A DNA stretch of 64,000 nucleotides, from positions 689,102 to 753,101 of the forward strand of contig NMRA01000160.1 in assembly GCA_002633005.1 (NCBI GenBank), in the 5' to 3' direction. The notes below the pieces were generated by a model. The model searched no databases and was not told where the DNA came from. It worked only from the letters and a program-made list of their open reading frames with translations. The DNA comes from Phoronis australis. Lineage: Eukaryota; Animalia; Phoronida. Of this stretch, positions 27,801 through 39,800 are shown piece by piece. How positions within the stretch are numbered: position 1 is the first letter of the stretch; each line of letters begins with the position of its first letter. The translations under genes were made by a program, and so were the position numbers.

Positions 27801-30800
27801 GATTAGGTTGATATCTGTAACACGGGTGTCTCTTAGGTGACGTGTTTTGGTGGTTCTGTGGGTTCATTTAGTGTTCTGGAGAAGAGATCAATGTGCCACC
27901 CTCTCTTACAGCACTTCACGCAGTGCAAATTGTCTTTATGGTTTGGTAGCTCATATTGTGATTAACAACTTCCATTTTTCAGTCGAGCATGTTTGTTCTC
28001 GATTGATAATTGAGGTGAAGTTTGGGTGTTCTGTGTACAGGCACTACACAACGAATACACACTGTTAAAAGCCTACGTTGAACAGTGACACGGTTGAATT
28101 CGCCCGCTACAACATTTTGAGCATAACACTGAGCATTGCCAATTGTAATGAACGGTTCGTAGGTTTATTGTTTTACATCTGTCCACATGACTGCGAGAAT
28201 ACGTATATGGTGTTCATTCAATACTCACAATTACTTTTATGCCTTTCATTCATTGTTTCATCTTCTCCCTGTGGCGCAACATGGCGTTAAAAGACTACTA
28301 GACATATGTTGTTTGTAGAGATTATTTTGTGTGCGCCCACATGTTTATATGTGGGTGCCATTATCTCTTTCTGAGCGTCTGGCGTCCGCGGCTGTATCTC
28401 CTAAACCCCTCTTTATTAAATGCTGCAAATGTGTTTATATGAAGTTGACAACGGATGTCGACGACTTTTGTACAGATCTGACTACAGGTGTGCCCCCTTG
28501 TGGCAATTTTATTTTTTTATGCTTACATCTGTATCTTCAAAGGTCCTGGATGGATTTCCATAAAATTTAGCACGTAGGCATCTATTAACGAGTTCACGCT
28601 ATCCTCCCATTTTCGGATGGATTTTTGGTATTTTGTGCCACCTAATGGCCATTTTTACTGTTTTTGAGTCTGGTTTTTGGCGTCCATCATTCCATCAACC
28701 AAACCACTCTGAGGACGATTGTGAAAATTGGCATGTATGTTTTTACTAAAAAGAGGACAATTGACGATGTTTTTCCGATGACTTGGACTACTGTGGCACC
28801 TCCTAGTGGCAGTTTTGTTTTTTTGTTTTGCGCCCAGGCGTACCTGTATCTCCTAAGCCCTCTGCAGGATCTTTATTAAATTGAGCACGTGTATTTATAT
28901 GAAGTTTTCAATGGAAGATGACGACTTTCAGACGGGTCTGACTAAAACTGCCCCCTAGTGGCAATTGCATTTTATTCCGTTTTCCTCTCTTTCTCTGATG
29001 AAGTTTCTCGACGAATTTTCATGAAATTTGTTAAATAGCTTTCTTTTAAAGAAATGGTGACATTTCCTGGTTTTTAGACAGATTCGACTTATTTTGCTCT
29101 ATCTAATGGCCATTAGTACTGTTTTTTTATGCGCCCACATATTTATATGTGGTCGCATACTGCTGTCATCTCTTTCTGGGTGTGCGGTGTCTGCAGCTGT
29201 AAACTCCTCACAGGATGTTGATGAGATTTGGCAGATGTGTTCCTATGAAGGTGACGGCGGAGGACGTCGAATTTTGGACCTCTGCGACTACCGGTGTGCC
29301 CCCTAGTGGCAATTTTTGTTTTTTACGCTTACCTCTGTATCTTCAGAGGTCCTCAACAGATTTTCATAAAATTTGGTGGTTAGGCATCATTTAGTGAGAT
29401 GATGCCATCCCGTTTTTGGATGGATTCGAGGTACTTTGCACCACCTAGTGGCCATTTTTACTGTTTTCGGGTCTGTTTTTGGCGTCCGCCATTCTGTCAA
29501 CCAAACTGCTCTAGGGATGATTTTGAAAATTGGCATATATGTTCTTACTGTGTAGAGTGTGGATTTTTGGATGACTTGGACTACTAAGGCGCCTCCTAGT
29601 GGCAGTTTTGTTTGTTTTTGCGCCCATGGTTGTATCTACTAAATGCTCTACAGGATCTTTATTACTTGGCGGAATTCTTCCGCCAAGTATGTTGCTCTGA
29701 CAGCAAGTTTTTTTTTTTTTTTTGTTTGTTCGCTCTCTACAGGTCGCAATTCTGGTCCGATTTTCACGAAATTTGCACACAACATGTAGATCGGGAATCA
29801 CTGGAACGCTATTGTTTTTGGTCATGATCGGATACAAAATGGCGGACGTGGCGGCCATTTTGTATCCGATTTCGCAGTCAAATACTCGTAGAGGCCGCAT
29901 TTTTCGACCTACATGGCTGAAAATCGGTACGAATATACTAGAACGCATGTGCTACAATTGTGCAGAAAATCGTTGACTTCCGGTTAAAGATGGCGGAAAT
30001 ATTGGACGTGGCGCATGCGCACCCCGAAATAGGGCTAAAAACGTTTTCTCCTGTAGAGGGCGCAATTGCAAACCAATCACTTTCAAACTGGTCACGTGTT
30101 TGTTGAGTTTAATAAGCTTTTATAAAAAATTATTGAACCGGAAGTCACCTTCAAGATGGCGGCTGTGGGGCATGTTCACACGGTTTCAATCGCTCTGCTG
30201 TCGCATTTTTTATGGGAAGAGCAAATGACGTGAATTTTTGCATGTGGATTCCTTGAAGTATGGCCTTTCAAAAAGTCTGCGAGAGCGTATTTCTCAGACT
30301 TACCGTTTTCGAGTTATTTGACTTTGAATTTCAAAAAAAACGGCAAATTTTCAATTTTCTCGAAAAATTTTTGGATTTTTGCCAAACTACCACTTTAGAT
30401 AGAGATTTGAACGGGCTTTCAGAAGATATTTTCCATTTTGCGCTACGACGTCTACTTTTTGAATTATTCGAGATTTTCGGATACCGTTGTCCCTATGCAA
30501 GCGCGCCGGTGGCTGGCTTTCAGTTCACTTTGTTTTGGTTATGCCTAGTTGACCCAGACTGACCCAGCCAGCACTGTCCTACTTTAAAGCATGGCTCGTC
30601 CGTCATGTTGCGCCATCTATTGTTCTTTATTGTAGTTGATTGTATGCTCTCTATTTGATTTTTTGCTAGTCACATGAATGTTATCGTGTTTGACAAACTA
30701 CCACTTTAGATAGAGTTTTGAACGGGCTTTCAGATGATAATTTTCATTTTTCGCTACGACGTCTACTTTTTGAATTATTCGAGATTTTCGAATACCGTTG

Positions 30801-33800
30801 TTCCTTCGGTCAAACGCAGCTGGCTGGCTTTCAGTTCACTTTGTTTTGATTATGCCTGGTTGACCCAGACTGACCCAGCCTGTGTTCTACTGTAGACTGG
30901 ACAGTCATGTGGCGCCATCTATTGTTCTTTATTGTAGTTCATTGTATGCTCTCTATTTGATTTCGTCGCTAGTCACATGAATGTTATCGTGTTTGCCAAA
31001 CTACCATTTTAGATAGAGTTTTGAACGGGCTTTCCGAAGATATTTTCCATTTTGCACTACGACGTCTACTTTTTGAATTATTCGAGATTTTCGGATACCG
31101 TTGGTCCAATTCGGTCACGCAGCTGGCTGGCTTTGTTTTGGTTATGCCTAGTTGACCCAGACTGACCCAGCCAGCAGTGTCCTACTGTGACATAGCTCGT
31201 ACAGTTCCAGGGCAAATACTTATTGTAAACATAACTTTGCTTTGCAGACTGTCACATAGCGCTACCTATTTTAGAATGTGGGAACAGACATGACTCGTCC
31301 GTCATGCTGGGCCATCTATTGTTGTTTATTGTAGTTGATTGTCTGCTCTCTATTTGATTTCTTCGCTAGTCACATGAGTGTTATCGTGTTATTCATAATT
31401 AACGCCTTGATCATCTTGATTGTCGTCGTCTCCCTCATCGTCGTCTTTTCGATTAGTTCCGCCAAGTGTCGCTCCTCCGAGCGCTCTCGTTGAATTTTGC
31501 TGGTGTATTTATATGAAGTTGACAACAGAGAATGATGACTTGCAGATGGATTGGGCTACCATTGTGCCCCCTAGTGGCAATTTTAGTTTTTTACGTTTAC
31601 CTCTGTATCTTTAAAGGTCGTCAATGGATTTTGATAAAATTTGGCAGTTAGTCATCTTTTAATGAGATGATGCTATCGTTTGGTTTTTGGTAAAATTGAA
31701 GGGATTTTTCGCCACCTTGTGGCCATTTTTACTGTTTTTCGAGTCTTGTTATTTGGCGTCTGCCCCTCTGTCAACCAAACCACTCTAAGGATGATTGTGC
31801 AAATTGGCATGTATGTTCTTAATGTGAAGAAGAAGTCAGATGATGATTTTCCGATGACTTTATCTACTTTGGCGCCTTTTAGTGGCAGTTATGTTTTTTT
31901 TGTGCTTATAGCCCATTAGTGGCAATTTCATTTTTCGTTTTCCTCTGTTTTCTCAGAAGTTCCTTGACGGATTTTCATGAAATTTGGTAAATAGCTGTGA
32001 TGACAAGTTTTCGGATGAGTGCGACATATTTTGCGCCATCCATGCTCAAAGCTCTCAATTGGCCCACCCTCCAGGAAAGACGAGCTCAGAACAAACCATC
32101 CCTTCTGTACAAGACCATACATAACCTGGTTGCTATTCCTCACTCATACCTTCCACTCCTACAGACCTCCAGATCACCAAACTCCTACACCCATACCTTA
32201 GAGAGATTATACATCTGCACCGCATACTACGCAAACTCTTTCTTTCCATCTACCATTCTACTCTGGAATAGACTCCCATAATTCGCCATCTCATCCGAAA
32301 CAATAGAAATATTCACAAGTCACATCTTGAACATCAATCTTACGCAGTAATCATTAAGACCTTTTTATCTTGGCACTAACCAGCACTTCGTTTTATCGTT
32401 ATTTTTCACAGTTACGTGCACCTAAGTTTTATACTAACAATGCGCCAACATGTAAGGATCGATACCACGATCGTTTGTTGATTTTTAGAAGAAGAAAAAG
32501 ATCTTGTGGTCATTTTTATGTTCCAAATAAACACCTCTAGAAGCACACCGTTAGCGGTGCATTCGTGGGCGCATTTTAACGCTCCGCGTTGCTCTTGTAG
32601 TCTGTTTTTGGCGTCCACCCTCTGTCACTCTTTAGGATGATTGTGAAAATTGGCTTATGTATTGTTAGTGTGAAGAGGACAGTTGACAATGATTTTGCGG
32701 GTTCAAATACTGTGGTGCCTCCTTGTGGCATTTTTTTCGCCCTCAGCTGTATCTTTTAAGCCCTCTGCAGAATGTTTATTAAATTTAGCAAGTGTGTTTA
32801 TATGACATTGACAAGGGAAGACAACAACTTTCAGACAGATCAGATGAATGCTTTTTCTCCTAGTGGCAATTTCATTTTTTCTGTTTTGCGAAAGTTTCTT
32901 GACGGATTTTCGTGAAATGTGGTAAATAGCTTTCTGTTAAAAAACAGTAATGTTTTCCAGTTTTTTGATGTATTCGAAGTATTTTGCACTATGTAGTGGC
33001 CATTTTTATGCGCCCACATATTTATATGTGGACGCATTATGCCGTCATCTCCACCGGTCCATCCGGGCGGCGTCCGCTGCTCTATCTCCAAAACCCTTTG
33101 ACATACATTCATGAAATTTGGCACATATGTTCCATTCATGAGTGGGACGGCATGTGCGAACTTTCGGACGGATTCGACTACCGGTGTGCCCCCTAGTGGC
33201 AATTTTAGTTTTTTACGCTTACCTTTGTATCTTCAAAAGTCCTGTACGGATTTTCATGAAATTTGGTATGTAGGCACCTATTAGTGAGATGACGCTATCC
33301 TCCCGTTTTCAGATGGATTCGACGTAGTTTACGCCACCTAGTGGCCATTTTTAGTGTTTTCGAGTCTGTTTTTGTGTGTCCACCCCTCTATCAACCAAAC
33401 CGCTCAAAGGATGATTGTGAAAATTGGCATGTATATGCTTACTATGTAGAGAACGGTTGACGATGACTTTCTGACGATTTGGACCACTGTGGCGCCTCCT
33501 AGTGGCAGTTTTTTTTTGCGCCTATGGCTGTATCTCCTAAACCGTTCACAGGATCTTCACGAAATTTATATGATGTCAACAACAGACGATGACAACTTTT
33601 GGACGGATCCGCCTACCAGTGTGCCCCCTAGTGGCAATTTTATTTTTTTACGTTTACCTCTGTATCTTCACAAGTCCTTAACGGATTTTCATGAAATTTG
33701 GTATGTAGGCACCTATTAGTGCGATGACGCTATTCTCCCGTTTTCNNNNNNNNNNNNNNNNNNNNNNNNNNNNNNNNNNNNNNNNNNNNNNNNNNNNNNN

Positions 33801-36800
33801 NNNNNNNNNNNNNNNNNNNNNNNNNNNNNNNNNNNNNNNNNNNNNNNNNNNNNNNNNNNNNNNNNNNNNNNNNNNNNNNNNNNNNNNNNNNNNNNNNNNN
33901 NNNNNNNNNNNNNNNNNNNNNNNNNNNNNNNNNNNNNNNNNNNNNNNNNNNNNNNNNNNNNNNNNNNNNNNNNNNNNNNNNNNNNNNNNNNNNNNNNNNN
34001 NNNNNNNNNNNNNNNNNNNNNNNNNNNNNNNNNNNNNNNNNNNNNNNNNNNNNNNNNNNNNNNNNNNNNNNNNNNNNNNNNNNNNNNNNNNNNNNNNNNN
34101 NNNNNNNNNNNNNNNNNNNNNNNNNNNNNNNNNNNNNNNNNNNNNNNNNNNNNNNNNNNNNNNNNNNNNNNNNNNNNNNNNNNNNNNNNNNNNNNNNNNN
34201 NNNNNNNNNNNNNNNNNNNNNNNNNNNNNNNNNNNNNNNNNNNNNNNNNNNNNNNNNNNNNNNNNNNNNNNNNNNNNNNNNNNNNNNNNNNNNNNNNNNN
34301 NNNNNNNNNNNNNNNNNNNNNNNNNNNNNNNNNNNNNNNNNNNNNNNNNNNNNNNNNNNNNNNNNNNNNNNNNNNNNNNNNNNNNNNNNNNNNNNNNNNN
34401 NNNNNNNNNNNNNNNNNNNNNNNNNNNNNNNNNNNNNNNNNNNNNNNNNNNNNNNNNNNNNNNNNNNNNNNNNNNNNNNNNNNNNNNNNNNNNNNNNNNN
34501 NNNTTCATTTTGCAAAGGCTTATTACTTTACTGCAAGTGAAGGAAATTTACCAAAAAGTTCTTTTATGACATCTACACAGTAGAGACAACAAGATTTTCT
34601 TAAACTTTGGTTTGTAGAAAATAGGCTTTAGAGAATTTCACTTGTGGACCATATTGGTTACTGAATAAGTGAAAAATTACTGTAGTTTTATTTTGAAAAC
34701 TACTGTGTATTGGCTTGTTGCCATTCACTATAAGCTGCTTGTGTTCCATTGCAGTTGGCAGGTAAAGTTATCGGCAGGGGAGGAGAGCGCATCCGCTCCA
34801 TCCGCGCCAATTCTGGTGCCAGCATAACTATAGATGAGCCACTACCAAACACAAACGATAGAGTCATCACCATTCAGGGTTCCGAGTCGCAGATTACAAA
34901 GGCCAAATTTCTTATGCAACAAGCGTAAGTCTCCCAGCTTTCAGTTGTCTGCTTCGCCTTTGCTTGATCACAAGGATCTCGATTTGTAAATGATCAAGGC
35001 TTGGAATTTTCCTCGGAAACGCGATTTCCGCTTTTTTCAAATGTTCTGTCAGCGTATTTTATTATATTTCCGCGTAAAAAAATTGGATTTGATATAAAAT
35101 CTCCACAGCAAATTTCTTACAGCGGCGTTGCCGACGACTTTCACCTCGAAAAGCGGAAGTTGCTCTTTATGTTTCGGAGGAACGTAAATTGTCAACATTG
35201 CCGGGGCATCTGGGATAGCGTGGTGGATTTCTTCAATGTGTCTCGTGTGATTGTAAACTGCGGTGACAAATACTACGTCTCTGCAGCCAAAAATGTTTGG
35301 AGGCGGGAGTGTGGGAGTGGACGGACGAGCTAAAAAGACGCTTGTGGAGTTGGTACCATTTTTTTTACTCCTCCCGATTTTTGTCGGCAACGGGTACACA
35401 TGTACACATCGACTATTTCAGGCCAGGTGCGCGCGCGCATGTTTTGGGCCGTAAAAATTTCCGCTTTTTTGTCATTGGTCATTCCAAGCCCTGAATGATG
35501 TTTTTGTGATATCAGTGAAGTTCAATGCCGTGATTTTTAACTTATTATATACCCACCTATTTATATGTGGACGTATTATGTCATTATCCCCGTCCGTCCC
35601 TTGTCCACTGCTTGATGTATGTTCATAAATTTTGCATGTGTGTTTCTTTCATGGATGGGACGACAGGAGCGAACTTTCGGACAGATCCGACGACCAGTTT
35701 GTCAAGTAGTGGCAATTTTATTTTTTTATGCTTACCCTCTGTATCTTCAAAGGTCCCTCACGGATTTTCATAAAATTTGGAACATTGGCATCTATAAGTG
35801 AGATGCCGGTACCCTCCCGTTTTTGGACGGATTCAAGTATTTTGCGCCACCTAGTGGCCATTTTTGCTGTTTTTGAGTCCGTTTTTGGCGTCCGCTCCTC
35901 TATCAACCAAATCGCTTCAAGGATGATTGTGAAAATTGTCATGTATGTTCTTACTATTAAGAGGACGGCTGACTGTGGTTTTCGAACGACTTTGACTACT
36001 TTAGCACCTTCTAGTTGCAGTTTTGTTTTTTGCGCCCATGGCTCTTTCTCCTAAACCCACTTCAGGATCTTTACTAAATTTAGCAAGTGTATTTGTATGA
36101 AGTTGGCAATAGCCACGACTACTTTCGGATCGATCTGACTATCGGTGTGCCTTCTAGTGGCAATTTTAGTTTTTTACATTTATTTACCTCTGTATCTTCA
36201 AAGGTTGTCAACGAATTTTCATAAAGTTTGGAATGTAGGCATTTTTTGTTAGATGACGCTATCCTTCCGTTTTCAAATGGATTCGAGGTATATTGCATGC
36301 GCACACCCAGGGGGGGTTCGGGGGGGTCGAACGAGCCCCCCCTCCCCATTAGGCAAAGTAGGTAAAAAAGGTCCACCTCCGAGCAACAAATTGTCTGAGA
36401 TAACTGGACAGAGCGCGAATGCGCACTTCACAGTCATGCTCCCGTTTTTTTTTTTAATCCGCCCGTTGTTTCTGGTGGGAATTTTTGCTGTTTTCGAGTC
36501 TGCTTTTGGCATTTCTGTCTAACAACCAAACCATTCTAATGGTGATTTTGAAAATTGGCGTGTGACGAGAATGGTTGACGATGACGACTTCAACTGCTAT
36601 GGCGCCTCTTTGTGGCAGTTCTGTTTTGTTTTCATAGCTCTATCTCCAAAACTCATTACAGGATCTTTATTATAGTTTGTAAGTGTATTTATATGAAGTT
36701 AACAACTGACGATGACGACTTTCAGACTGCTCCGATGAACGCTGTGCCCCGTAGTGGCAATTTTTGTTTGTAGTTTTCCTTTGTTTCTTTCATTTGACAG

Positions 36801-39800
36801 ATTTTTTTGAAATGTTACAAAATAGCTTTCTATTAAAGAAATTATGGCATGTTCCCATTTTCGGATGGATTCGATGTATTTTGTGTTATCTTGTGGCCAT
36901 GTTTATGAAACAAACAACCCTTTAACACACCGATTGCGGTGCGTTTGTGAACGTATTTCAATGCTCCGCATTGCTCTTGTTATAAAATTTGGCAAATGAT
37001 TTTTTGAGATTACGACACCTTCCCATTTTTGGATGAGTTCAATGTATTCTGAGCCATCTAATGAACATTTTTATGATACAAATAAACGTCCTTAGAAGCA
37101 CACCATTTCAATGACATGGAGAGTCATGCTCCCATTTCAACACTCTGCGTTGCTCTTGTTTTTAGACTGAAAACTAATTTTCAGATTTATGTTGTCAACA
37201 TTGTTTAGTGAGTGGTGGGTGTGTAGTAGCACCACCTGGTGGCAGTACCATAAACTGCAAAGCCCTGGCAGCATCAAGTAAAGTCAAGTGGTTAGCAGAG
37301 GTTCTTTTTTTCTCAAAACAGTTAAGGAAAATCTTTATTTTAACACGTGTTATTTTGAGACGAGATGACATCCGTGTTCACTTAGTTATGGGTCGCTTTT
37401 CAGCCTTTTCATACATGCCCTAGGATCTGGGCCCGGTCTCCAATCTCCGACTCATACTCATACTCGAGATTTCATACTCAAAAATGTGCTCACTGGAGTC
37501 GTACTCAAAAAAGCATATCTAATGTCGCATTTTGAGTAGTCTCCAAACGTACTCAAATCTGACACTCATACTCAAGTTGCTATGGAACTCTTTATGATGT
37601 GAAATGCAAAACCACTCAAAGTCACGCTGATTCGTCGCTCCCTATTGGCATAGTTCACCCCAGCCACTACATTATCGTCTGCTGTCGCTGCAACTACAAG
37701 AGTACTCCTTTAATGTGGAATTCTATGTGTTCTGTAACTGTTATTTATTTTTTCAGTTTCAATACAATATTCTTATACCATTTCTTTGATACATTTGACA
37801 ATTATTAAGCTTTACTTCTTGAGTTCCACATCTCCCGAAAATATCTTAAGAAATTTTTTAACAGCTTATCACATCAAAGAATCCCTGTTCTCTCTTGCTA
37901 ATTTAGTCTCGACATAAAACCCATTGCTGTGTAGGCCTATGCTGATGTCAAAACTTTGATACTGTATCTTTGTGTTTTACCAGGTTGTATCAAGGTAGTT
38001 GACATTTGGCATGTGTGTTAAAAAATGATACATGTGCTGGCATTCAGAGTTCACCAGTGAACGGGACGAGACGTCTACTTAGAAATCGACAACAAAATCT
38101 GGAATACCATTCGAGGATTGAGAAATTATGGATGACTAAACTATGACATGAAATGTACCTGGGAAGCAAACTGTTTTTAACTTTTCTCACCTCCTTGTCT
38201 TTTGGAATCCCTACAAACCGTAGACACACCAACTGAAATAAGGCAGCACAAACTTCTCACACGACTTTTCCCACAACTGCATTCGACACTTGTAATGACT
38301 CACCAATAAGGGATTAGAATGCGCCTGTTGCCAGGAATCGTAGAGTAAGGAGTTTATGATTTGCTATGTCTGTCGTTGGTCTTTCGATATTTTGTTCTCT
38401 CTCTCGTATTTATTTGCGAGTACAATTTCAAGTACACTGCCAGACCAGACTTGAAATTTGGAGCATATAGTCGGAATTTTACTCAAAATCTTATACTCGA
38501 AATATAGATGAAATACACTTCAGTTTGAGTATACTCGAAAATTGAGTACACGCTCGAAATTTCGAGAACAGATTTTTCGAGTTTGGCATTGAATACACCA
38601 AAGCTGTGTCTGTACTCGAGTTGAGTAGGAAGTTTGAGTTTGAGCATGATTCGAGTCTGAGTACGGAGATTGAAGACCAGGCGAGACGCAACTCAGACCT
38701 GAAAATTAACCAAGTGTCGGTGAGATTCTAGTAAAACTTCGTACGTTTACTTAAGACGTGCCACAAGAGTTTAAAGAACATTGATTAGACTCCCAGGCCT
38801 TGGATCTTGTTTGCATCTTGCAGCCAGTTTATTACTTGGCAAAATATGTTGCTCTGTCACTAAGTTTTTTTTTTGTTTGTTCGCACGATACAGGTAGCAA
38901 TTTTTGTTCGATCATCACAAAATTTACACACAAGTTGTACATCTATGAGTACAGGAACCCTATTGTTTTTCGTCATAATCCGATCTAAGATGGCGGATAT
39001 GGTGGCCATTTTGTTTCCAATTTCAGATTCAATTGCTCATGGAAGCCGGAAATTTTGACATACAAGGCTGAAAATCGGTAGAAATTTTAAACTATCCATG
39101 TATTACAAATCCGCAAGAAATCATTTACTTCCGGTCAAAGATGGCGGAAATATCGGCCATGGCGCATGCGCACTTCAATTTTGTTCAAAAAACGTTTTCT
39201 CCAGTAGAGGGCGAATTCGAATTTTTTTAGGTATTAGTTTTTTACAATTTGCTATTATTCTATGTTAAAAAAACGGAAGTTGTTTCCAAGATGACGAATC
39301 TGGCGCATGTTGACCCATTTTTAGTCGTGCTGGGGTGCCATTTTAAACGGGAAGAGAAAATGACGTGAATTTTTGCATGTGGATTCTCCGAGGTATACTC
39401 TTTCAAATGAACTCCAACAATTTTTTCTCAGACTTACCGTTTTCGAGTTATTTTACTTTGAATTTCAAAAAAATCGCAAAATATTTTTTTTTGAATAATT
39501 TACGGAAAGTTGCCAAACCATCAATTTAGATAGAGTTTTTAACGGGCTTTCAGAATATGCTTTCCATTTTTCGCTAGGACGTCTACTTTTCGAATTATTC
39601 GTAATTTTCTGATAGCACTGTTCCTTTGTTGAGTGGTCTTGCTGCTTTGATGTTGGTTAAGCTTCTATTGAACAAGCTAGACTGTAGCCTATTTCTTACT
39701 GATTTATGACATCTAAGTTCGTCATATGAATGGTATGATGCTTTTCATCTTCATCACCATCGTCATCATCTTCGTCATCATCTCCGTCGTCGTCTTTTCA

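Larger units (their letters stand above)
28325..33745 (+). mobile_element. family A HINE-like cluster, multiply nested (29129-32598, 33007-gap)
   Basis: Heads at ~28331, 29129, 33008; tail at 32565-32598; copy 2 homology ends at this point (~63635). Confidence 0.8.

Noticed and set aside
33678-34569. Long ORFs of 261-281 aa in the ORF track
   Set aside because: They consist of X residues from the N gap
13823-37160. Regularly spaced cctagtggc motif suggesting a CRISPR-like array
   Set aside because: The intervening sequences are themselves repeated (452-bp unit), there are no cas genes, and the context is eukaryotic introns
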